Shown piece after piece: positions 56,974 through 64,000 of a stretch of 64,000 bases of DNA. The DNA comes from Actinomycetes bacterium. GTDB taxonomy: Bacteria > Actinomycetota > Acidimicrobiia > IMCC26256 > VFJJ01. The position numbers were made by a program, and so were the translations under genes. Location of the stretch: positions 36,194 through 100,193 of the forward strand of contig JANLSK010000312.1 of assembly GCA_031362415.1 (NCBI GenBank), written 5' to 3'. Position 1 is the first letter of the stretch; every line of letters starts with the position of its first letter. The notes beneath the pieces were generated by a model. The model ran no database searches and was not told where the DNA came from. It was given only the letters and a program-made list of their open reading frames with translations.

Positions 56974-57998
56974 GTGGGGTCCTCGGCCGGGATGGCCCAG
57001 GCCGGTGCGTCGGTCGGGAGGTCGGCGGCGGCCACCTCGTGCTCGATCGGCTCTCCGGCCACGTAGCGGCGGAGGCTCTCGGCGAAGGCCCGGGCCGCTC
57101 GATCGTGGCGGCCGGCGCCACCAGCCGAGGTGTGAGCCGTGGCCACCACTCGAGGATGCTGCCAGAGTCGACTTTCGACGGGCAGGGGCTCGGTCGCGAA
57201 CACGTCGAGCACGGCCCGCTCGGGAACGCCCCGATCGAGCGCGTCGAGCAGCGCGGGCTCGTCGACCAACGAACCACGGGCCACGTTCACCAGGAGCGAA
57301 CCGGGCTTCATGGCTTCGAGGAACGCCGCGTCGACCAGCCCGCGGGTGGTGTCGGAGCCGGGGACGGCCAGCACCACCACGTCGGCCCGGGGAACCAGCG
57401 CAGGGACGGCTGCGGGAACGTGGATCTCGTCGACCGGTTCGGTGCCCGTCGGTGTGCGGCGGACGCCGATGACGGTGGCACCGAAGGCCCGCGCCCGCTC
57501 GGCGACCGCGGCGCCGATCCCGCCCAGCCCGATCACCAGCCAGGTGGTTCCGTGGACCTCCCTGAACTCGGCCCGCCGCCACCGGCTCTGGCCCTGGTCG
57601 GCCCGCCACGCTTCCAGCGGCTGATAGCAGGCGAGCACCTGGGCCAGCACGTACTCGGCGATGCTGATCCCGTTCACGTGCGTCGTCGACAGCCGCACGC
57701 CGTGCCGGGCGAGGTCGCCGAAGAACGCGGCGTCGACGCCGGCCGACGCGGTGTGCGTCCAGCGGAGCGTCTCCGAGCCCAGCGCCAACTCCAGCATGGG
57801 TTTCACGGTGCCGTCGAAGAACGTGTCGATCGACAACCACATCACGTCGGGTCGGGCGCCGCCATCGCCATCGCTGGTGGTGCCGTCGGCCGCCATGGTC
57901 AGCCACCGGGCGTCAGGAGCGGCGCCGTGCAGGAGACCCGTCCACCGGTCGTAGGCGGCACGGCTCACGAGGATCTGGATCGGGTGCTCAGCGGCCAC
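56970..57998 (-). CDS. D-2-hydroxyacid dehydrogenase
   Basis: GLGGIG, VNVARGSLVDE, LDVFATEPLP, TAH. Confidence 0.92.
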   Translation of the reverse strand: MAAEHPIQILVSRAAYDRWTGLLHGAAPDARWLTMAADGTTSDGDGGARPDVMWLSIDTFFDGTVKPMLELALGSETLRWTHTASAGVDAAFFGDLARHGVRLSTTHVNGISIAEYVLAQVLACYQPLEAWRADQGQSRWRRAEFREVHGTTWLVIGLGGIGAAVAERARAFGATVIGVRRTPTGTEPVDEIHVPAAVPALVPRADVVVLAVPGSDTTRGLVDAAFLEAMKPGSLLVNVARGSLVDEPALLDALDRGVPERAVLDVFATEPLPVESRLWQHPRVVATAHTSAGGAGRHDRAARAFAESLRRYVAGEPIEHEVAAADLPTDAPAWAIPAEDPT

Positions 57999-58051
57999 GG
58001 ATCGGCATCGTAGGCGCCGGTGATGCCAGGCTCGCGGGGGAGGGTGACGGT

Positions 58052-59164
58052 GTGACGACGACGACGAACGTGTACACCGACGGGGCCTGCCTCCGGAACC
58101 CGGGTCCGGGGGGCTGGGCCTGGGCCGTTGCCGACGGTCCGTTCGCCAGCGGACACACCCCGCAAACCACCAATCAGCGCATGGAGATCACCGCGGCGCT
58201 CGAGGCGGTGCGGGCGCTCACCGGGCCCGTGGAGGTGGTGAGCGACTCGACCTACGTCGTCAACTGCTTCATCCAGGGCTGGTGGCGGAAGTGGCTCGCC
58301 ACGGGATGGGTCAACTCGAAGAAGGAGCCCGTCGCCAACCGCGACCTCTGGGAGCCGTTCATCGATCTCGTCCGCCAACGCGATGACGTGACGTTCCGTT
58401 GGGTGAAGGGCCACAGCGGCGATCCGATGAACGACGCCGTCGACCGTCTGGCCACCACCGCAGCCAAGGACCAGACGGGCCAGACCGGGGCCCGGCTCGA
58501 CCTGGCCTGGGTCGCCACGCTCGCAGCCGACGCGCCGGGAGCCCGCACCGGCGCCCGGGCGGCAGGATCATCGGCGACGACCACTCCCAACGGGGCTTCA
58601 ACGACCGCAGGATCGGGCCGGCCGGCCGCGGCGGCGACCACGGGAGGTCGACCAGCGATCCCCGGCGGTCGCCTGATCGCCGTCGTCGGCCATCGCCCGC
58701 CCGAGCTGGGCGGCTACGGCGACAACCCGATCGCGACGGCCACCCGCGACCGTCTGGTCGAGATCCTGGCGGCCAAGGCCCGCCTGCATCCCGACCTCGT
58801 GGTGCTCACCGGGCTGGGCCTGGGTGCCGAGCAGCTCGGGGCCGAGGCCGCGGCCATCGCCGGTCTCCCGTACGTGGCCGTGCTCGCCTACCCGCAGCCC
58901 GATGCGGTCTGGCCCGAAGCCAGCCGAGCGCGCTATCGGCGGCTTCTCCACGACGCGCACAGCGAGGTGCTCATCTCGAAGGACACGCCAGCGACCAAAC
59001 AGGACGCCGGCCGGGCCATGGCCCGACGCGACGCCTGGCTGGCCCGTCACGCTGCCGAGGCCGTCGCTGTCTGGGACGGGCGCGAGGAGTTCACCGGCCG
59101 CCTGGTGCGCTCGTTCGAGGACCATCTCGGCGACGACGTGTGGGTTCTCGCTCCCGGGGCTTGA
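58052..59164 (+). CDS. rnhA: Ribonuclease HI fused to a C-terminal YspA/DUF1273-type SLOG domain
   Basis: YTDGAC..NPGPGGW, TNQRME, SDSTYV, PVANRDLW, WVKGHSG, NDAVD; Ala/Thr linker; then VVGHRP...TGLGLGAEQ...RRDAWL...AVWDG...TG. Confidence 0.9.
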   Translation: MTTTTNVYTDGACLRNPGPGGWAWAVADGPFASGHTPQTTNQRMEITAALEAVRALTGPVEVVSDSTYVVNCFIQGWWRKWLATGWVNSKKEPVANRDLWEPFIDLVRQRDDVTFRWVKGHSGDPMNDAVDRLATTAAKDQTGQTGARLDLAWVATLAADAPGARTGARAAGSSATTTPNGASTTAGSGRPAAAATTGGRPAIPGGRLIAVVGHRPPELGGYGDNPIATATRDRLVEILAAKARLHPDLVVLTGLGLGAEQLGAEAAAIAGLPYVAVLAYPQPDAVWPEASRARYRRLLHDAHSEVLISKDTPATKQDAGRAMARRDAWLARHAAEAVAVWDGREEFTGRLVRSFEDHLGDDVWVLAPGA

Positions 59165-59201
59165 GAGTCCGGTGCGGGCCGAGGGGCGCCGAGGCCGCGC
59201 A

Positions 59202-60473
59202 GTGAGCCAGCATGCGCCCGTGGACGAGAACGACGGCACGGCCGTAAAACCACTGGCGGGGATCACGGTGCTCGACGTGAGCCGCGTCGTGTCCGGGCCC
59301 ACGTGCTGCTTCTGGCTCGCCGCGCTGGGCGCCGAGGTGATCAGGATCGAGGCCCCCGGCGGGGACGTCACCTGGATCGCGCCTCCGTTCGTGGGACCCG
59401 ACGGCGTGCACCGGGGCGTCCGGGGACCGCGTGACATCGCGGTGAGCGCCCTGCGCAAGGGCCGGGGCAAGCGCTCGGTGGTGCTCGACCTGAAGTCGGC
59501 GGGTGGTCGCGATGCCTTCGTGCGACTGGTCGAGCGCGCCGACGTGCTCGTGGAGAACTTCACGCCGGGCGTGATGGCGGCGTTGGGCTTGGCCTACGAC
59601 GATCTCGTCGCTCACAACGACGGTCTCGTGTACTGCTCGATCACCGGGTTCGGTCCCGACGGGCCCTACCGCGATCGACCGTCGATGGATCTCGTGGTGC
59701 AGGCCATGTCCGGGCTGATGGCCAAGACGGGTTTCCCCGACGGACCTCCGACCAAGGTCGGAGCCACCATCGGCGACCAGCTCCCCGGGGTGTTCGCGGC
59801 GCTCGGAATCGTCGCCGCGCTCCGCCAGCGTGACCGCGATCCCTTGCGGCGAGGGCAGATCGTCGATGTGGCCATGTTCGACGCGCTCGTCGCTCTCGTG
59901 TGGGACGAGCCCGTCGACGACTACGAAGCCCAGGGTTTTCCGATGCGGGTGGGCAACGCCGACTCCCGCGGGGCACCGCTCGACGCGTACCCCACTGCCG
60001 ACGGCTGGATCACCGTGGTCATCGTGAGCGACTCGCAATGGGACCGGATGGCGCGCCTGCTGGACCGGGCCGACCTGGCCGAGCGCTATCCCACGATCCG
60101 GCTGCGCGGCGAGGCCCGCGACGAGATCAACGGGGTGGTCGCCGACTGGTGCCGGTCGCGGTCGACGGTGGAGGTGGCAGCGGCCTTCGAACGCATCGAG
60201 ATCCCGTCGGGCGTCGTTGCCGCGCCCTGGTCGGCCCCCCGTGATCCCCAGGTGGTGCACCGCGGCTCGCTCGAACGCCTCGGCCATCCCGATCTCACCG
60301 AGCGCTCGCCGTACCACGGCCCCGTGCTGCCGCTGCGCCTGTCACGCGCCGATGTCAGGGCCACCACCCCGGCCGAGCCCCTCGGCACCTCGACCGAAGC
60401 CGTGCTACGCGACATCGCCGGCTACACCGACGCCGAGATCGCCGAGCTCCGCCGCTCGGGTGCGCTCGGCTGA
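59202..60473 (+). CDS. CaiB/BaiF family III CoA-transferase
   Basis: PLAGITVLD.SRVVSGP, LGAEVIRIE, GKRSVVLDLKS, ADVLVENF.PG, SITGFG..GP. Confidence 0.93.
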   Translation: MSQHAPVDENDGTAVKPLAGITVLDVSRVVSGPTCCFWLAALGAEVIRIEAPGGDVTWIAPPFVGPDGVHRGVRGPRDIAVSALRKGRGKRSVVLDLKSAGGRDAFVRLVERADVLVENFTPGVMAALGLAYDDLVAHNDGLVYCSITGFGPDGPYRDRPSMDLVVQAMSGLMAKTGFPDGPPTKVGATIGDQLPGVFAALGIVAALRQRDRDPLRRGQIVDVAMFDALVALVWDEPVDDYEAQGFPMRVGNADSRGAPLDAYPTADGWITVVIVSDSQWDRMARLLDRADLAERYPTIRLRGEARDEINGVVADWCRSRSTVEVAAAFERIEIPSGVVAAPWSAPRDPQVVHRGSLERLGHPDLTERSPYHGPVLPLRLSRADVRATTPAEPLGTSTEAVLRDIAGYTDAEIAELRRSGALG

Positions 60474-61454
60474 CACACGGACGGCGCTCGGCGTTGCCAC
60501 AGCGAGTCGCGACGCTGCGGCGGTGACGAGGTGGCGAACCTCGGGAGGCGCTTCGGCGATCTCGATGTCGAAGCTGGTGGCGACGACGACGATCATCGAG
60601 GCAAGCCATGCGATCGAATCTGCGTGAAGGTTCATGCGGGTGCGGCGAACGTCGATGGGCTCCGGTGAAGCGTCGAAACGGCGGCCCATCGTGGCGAGCT
60701 CTTCGAGCGTCGCGTCGACGTCGATGATCGCTCGGTGCTCGATGGCCATGGCCCGTATGCCGTCGGCCACGAACGCTGCTGCCGTCTCGGCGGGCAGCGG
60801 TCGTGGCTCGAATCGAGCCCCGGCGAGTGTGGGATGGTCGATCCGATCGACTCGGAACGTGCGCCAGCCGGCGCGGCGAACGTCCCAGGCAACGAGATAC
60901 CAGCGCTTGCCGGCGGACACCAGCTGGTGCGGCTGCACGAGACGGTGCGATTCCTCGCCGTCTCGACGCTCGTAGGCGAACCGCACCTCCTCCCGATCGC
61001 GACAACCCTGGCTCAGCACCATGAGCGTGGAGGCTGCGACCGTTTCGACGGTCGGCGACGACGACATCACCTCCACGCTGTGCTGGAGCGCGTCGACTCG
61101 CCGTCGGAGGCGATCGGGGAGGATTCGATCCAGCTTGGCCATCAAGGCCACGGCTGTCTCCTCGATGCCTTCGATGGCCGTGACAGCTGCCGTGCGCAGC
61201 CCCAGGATCAAGGCGATCGCCTCGTTGTCATCCAGGAGCAGCGGGGGGACGTGCGCTCCGATAGCCAGCTTGTAGCCACCATCGACACCCGGTTCGGAGT
61301 CGACCGGGTAGCCGAGTTGGCGCAATCGGTCGATGTCGCGTCGCACCGTCCGATCGCTCACACCGAGGCGCTGAGCGAGCTGGGATCCCTTCCAGTGACG
61401 GTGGGTTTGGAGCATTGACAACAGCGCAAGGGTGCGTTCGGTGGGATCGCTCAC
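60405..61454 (-). CDS. YafY-like HTH-WYL-WCX transcriptional regulator
   Basis: LAQRLGVSDRTVRRDIDRLRQLGYPV, LLLDDNEA, RWYLVAWD, WRTFRVDRI. Confidence 0.94.
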   Translation of the reverse strand: MSDPTERTLALLSMLQTHRHWKGSQLAQRLGVSDRTVRRDIDRLRQLGYPVDSEPGVDGGYKLAIGAHVPPLLLDDNEAIALILGLRTAAVTAIEGIEETAVALMAKLDRILPDRLRRRVDALQHSVEVMSSSPTVETVAASTLMVLSQGCRDREEVRFAYERRDGEESHRLVQPHQLVSAGKRWYLVAWDVRRAGWRTFRVDRIDHPTLAGARFEPRPLPAETAAAFVADGIRAMAIEHRAIIDVDATLEELATMGRRFDASPEPIDVRRTRMNLHADSIAWLASMIVVVATSFDIEIAEAPPEVRHLVTAAASRLAVATPSAVRVSAERTRAAELGDLGVGVAGDVA

Positions 61455-61469
61455 GGTGTGCGTGGGTCG

Positions 61470-62291
61470 TCAGTCGTACGAGTTCACCATGCGGATGCTC
61501 AGGCCGAGCATCACGACCATGGTGACCGCAACGACGGCGAATCCCTTGGCGAGTGCAGCGCCGTCGAAGCCTTCGAGGATGAGCGAGCGGGCGGCTTCCA
61601 TCACGTAGGTGACCGGGTTGATGGTCGCGGCGATCTCCATCGGCCGGGTGAGCTGATCGCGAGGCACGAAGTTGGGCGTGAGGAACAGCAGGGGGAAGAA
61701 GATCATGCTGGCGCCCTGGGTTGCCGCGGCGCTTCGGGTCTTGATCGCGATCAGCTGCATGAAACCGCTGAAGACCATCGCCCACAACGCAACCATCACG
61801 ATCATGACGACGAAGCCGAGAATGCCGGACTCGACGTGGATGCCGAACAGGAGCGCCAGCAACACCATCACCGTGCCGACGACGGTGGTCTTGACGAACT
61901 CTGCGTAGAGACGTCCGAGAACCAGCGCCATGCGCGAGATCGGCGTGGCCCGGAGCTTGTCGAAGTAGCCCTCCTCGATCTCCTCGACCAGGTACAGCGC
62001 CGCGCCGCCGAACGACGCCGACAACAGCAGGGATGCGGGCAGCTGGAAGGCGCCGTAGTTCTGACCCTCGAGGAACGGCGTGCCTTCGGACGGGAAGATC
62101 CGCGCAGCTTGGCCGACGTTCACGACAAGGAAGAACAGCGGAATGAACATCGTGGGGAACAGCGAGTCGGGGGTCCGAATCGCTTCTCGGATGGCCCGCC
62201 CGCCGAGCACCAGCGAATCACGGATGGCTCCTGAAGGGCCGCGACGTCCACCGGGGAGCGATCGGTGTCGGGACGGGGTCAGCGTGGTCAT
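61470..62291 (-). CDS. ABC-2 permease (DrrB-like)
   Basis: R..REAIRTP, GYFDKLRATPISR, INPVTYVMEAARSL. Confidence 0.92.
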   Translation of the reverse strand: MTTLTPSRHRSLPGGRRGPSGAIRDSLVLGGRAIREAIRTPDSLFPTMFIPLFFLVVNVGQAARIFPSEGTPFLEGQNYGAFQLPASLLLSASFGGAALYLVEEIEEGYFDKLRATPISRMALVLGRLYAEFVKTTVVGTVMVLLALLFGIHVESGILGFVVMIVMVALWAMVFSGFMQLIAIKTRSAAATQGASMIFFPLLFLTPNFVPRDQLTRPMEIAATINPVTYVMEAARSLILEGFDGAALAKGFAVVAVTMVVMLGLSIRMVNSYD

Positions 62292-62292
62292 G

Positions 62293-63084
62293 TCAGATCT
62301 CCTTCACTTCGCCCGCCACCCGGCTGCGGGTGCGGCCGGTGGCGTCGAGGAACACGTCGTCGAGGGTCGGGTCGGCGTCGAGACCCAGCCGATCCCGCAG
62401 CTCCTGCTTCAACGCGGCCGGTGTGCCTTCTCGAATGATGCGACCCTCGTCGATGATGGCCAAGCGGTTGCAGAGCTGATCGGCCTCTTCGAGATACTGG
62501 GTGGTCAAGAACACGGTGGTGCCCAGCTCGTTGATCCGCCGTACCTCTTCCCACACCGTGATACGACTGGCCGGGTCGAGACCCGTCGTCGGTTCATCGA
62601 GGAAGAGCACCTCGGGTTCGTGCACCAACGCCGACGCCAGGTCCAAACGGCGTTTCATCCCGCCCGAGTATCCCTTCACCCGCCGATCGGCAGCGTCGAG
62701 CAGATCGACGAGCTCGAGCAGTTCCTGAGCCCGCTTCGACGCCTCCGGCACGGACATGCCGAACAGGCGGGCCTGCAACGTCAAGATCTCGCGCCCGGTT
62801 TGGCGCGGGTCGAGACCGGCCTCCTGGAGCGCAACGCCGATCTTGCGGCGGGCACCGTGCGGATCTGCAGCCACGTCGACCCCGCCGACATGGGCCTCGC
62901 CCCCACCCAACGTCATCAACGTGGTCAACATCCGAACCGTCGTCGACTTGCCCGCACCGTTCGGACCGAGGAACCCGAACACCTCCCCCGACGCAACGTC
63001 GAGGTCGACACCGCGTACCGCTTCGACCTCCTCGTCGCCGCTGCGGAAGGTCTTCCTCAAGCCCACGGCCGTGATGGCGCTCAT
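62293..63084 (-). CDS. ABC ATP-binding protein (DrrA-like)
   Basis: GPNGAGKST, YSGGMKRRLDLA, FLDEPTTGLDP, TTQYLEEAD, PTLDDVFL. Confidence 0.95.
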   Translation of the reverse strand: MSAITAVGLRKTFRSGDEEVEAVRGVDLDVASGEVFGFLGPNGAGKSTTVRMLTTLMTLGGGEAHVGGVDVAADPHGARRKIGVALQEAGLDPRQTGREILTLQARLFGMSVPEASKRAQELLELVDLLDAADRRVKGYSGGMKRRLDLASALVHEPEVLFLDEPTTGLDPASRITVWEEVRRINELGTTVFLTTQYLEEADQLCNRLAIIDEGRIIREGTPAALKQELRDRLGLDADPTLDDVFLDATGRTRSRVAGEVKEI

Positions 63085-63225
63085 CGTGGGTGCCTGATCG
63101 TCGTCGTGGGTGGACGGGGTGGACGGTCGGTCATGGCTCTGGTTCCTCTGTTCGCTGTGGAGGTCGCGCCTACGGTCCGTGGCGTGCGCTCCGGGCCGTC
63201 GGACGCTCTCCGACGATGCCACACT

Positions 63226-63248
63226 ATGCGGACAGATCTTGTCCGCAT
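63226..63248. promoter_or_regulatory. Inverted repeat ATGCGGACA-N5-TGTCCGCAT, probable operator of the WYL regulator
   Basis: Perfect 9-bp arms, extendable by ACAC/GTGT, upstream of the ABC-ABC-WYL operon. Confidence 0.65.
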
Positions 63249-63422
63249 GGTGTCAATTTCCCGAAGGTTCACCTCGCGCGATGGTCGATCGACGATCGCC
63301 GTTGTCTGCGAGCACGGCCGGCGTACGCCTGAACCAGGGCGAGCAGATCGAACCGGTTGTCTGGCACGATGGGCGTCGAACAGCGCCATGGCCCATTGGC
63401 GGGTTTCGAAGGAAGGTAGCCA

Positions 63423-64000
63423 ATGGCCACGATCGTGATGGTGGGCGGGGGCATCGTCGGCAATGTCACGGCGATGATGCTGGCCCGTGACGGGCATGCG
63501 GTGACCGTGCTGGAGCGCGACCCGCAGCCCCCGACGCCGAGCGGCTCGGCCTGGACCGAATGGGAACGCCGGGGCGTCAACCAGTTCCGTCAGATCCACT
63601 ACTTTCTCCCGCGCTTTCGCGAGATCGCGGAGCAGGAGCTGCCCGACCTCGTTCCGGCGATGCTCGACGCGGGCGCCGTTCAGTGGAACGTGCTCGAACA
63701 CATTCCCGCAGCAGTCACCGGTGGACCTCGGCCGGGTGACGATCGCTACACGGTCGTCACGGGTCGGCGGCCCGTGATCGAGTCGGTGGTCGCCGCCTTG
63801 ACCGCAGCCACCGATGGGGTGACCGTACGTCGGGGTGTGGGAGTGAAGGGTCTCATGTCGAGCGCCGGGCCCGACGGGCTGACGCACGTGACCGGCGTGG
63901 TGACCGAGGTAGGAGACGAGATCAGCGCCGATCTCGTCGTCGACTCCGGCGGTCGTCGTACCGCGGTACCTGCGTGGCTTCGCGCCATGGGCTCGCCCGG
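63423..64000 (+). CDS. FAD-dependent oxidoreductase, partial (runs off the window end)
   Basis: MATIVMVGGGIVG..AMMLARDGHAVTVLERD; ADLVVDSGGRR; GGAAGG RBS. Confidence 0.88.
   Translation, partial: MATIVMVGGGIVGNVTAMMLARDGHAVTVLERDPQPPTPSGSAWTEWERRGVNQFRQIHYFLPRFREIAEQELPDLVPAMLDAGAVQWNVLEHIPAAVTGGPRPGDDRYTVVTGRRPVIESVVAALTAATDGVTVRRGVGVKGLMSSAGPDGLTHVTGVVTEVGDEISADLVVDSGGRRTAVPAWLRAMGSP

Noticed and set aside
60405-60473. 69-bp convergent overlap of the CoA-transferase and WYL genes as a regulatory device
   Set aside because: Most simply a stop-codon loss extending the WYL C-terminus; the extension has no recognisable motif.

Overview
High-GC actinobacterial chromosomal DNA, most likely class Acidimicrobiia. 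This is inferred from the many SDR, amidohydrolase, P450 and F420 enzymes, a BldC-family regulator, and 'GYWLV..DGG(I/V)F.FGDA' repeat modules on exported proteins. About 55 genes are present. Most are catabolic: acyl-CoA ligases, SDRs, amidohydrolases, two P450s, a Rieske oxygenase, a three-subunit molybdo-hydroxylase and a CoA transferase. There are also two glycan loci (GH5-like/GT4/GT4/GH130 at 12.8-19.2 kb and an Arn-like amino-sugar locus at 46.7-51.8 kb), purU, two ABC exporters with cognate TetR and WYL regulators and visible operators, a DUF1800/DUF1501 pair and an S8 protease. An accessory island at about 40.7-45.6 kb holds a decayed three-gene (unknown + PLD-like + SF2 helicase) defence-type operon, a nonsense-interrupted gene coupled to a Zn-ribbon gene, an intact AbiEi/AbiEii toxin-antitoxin pair resembling M. 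tuberculosis MenA4/MenT4, and a structured non-coding junction that truncates a TIM-barrel gene. The most unusual intact protein is an RNase HI fused to a YspA/DUF1273-type SLOG domain. No rRNA, tRNA, CRISPR array, integrase or transposase was recognised. All family calls come from motif recognition by eye; no searches were run.
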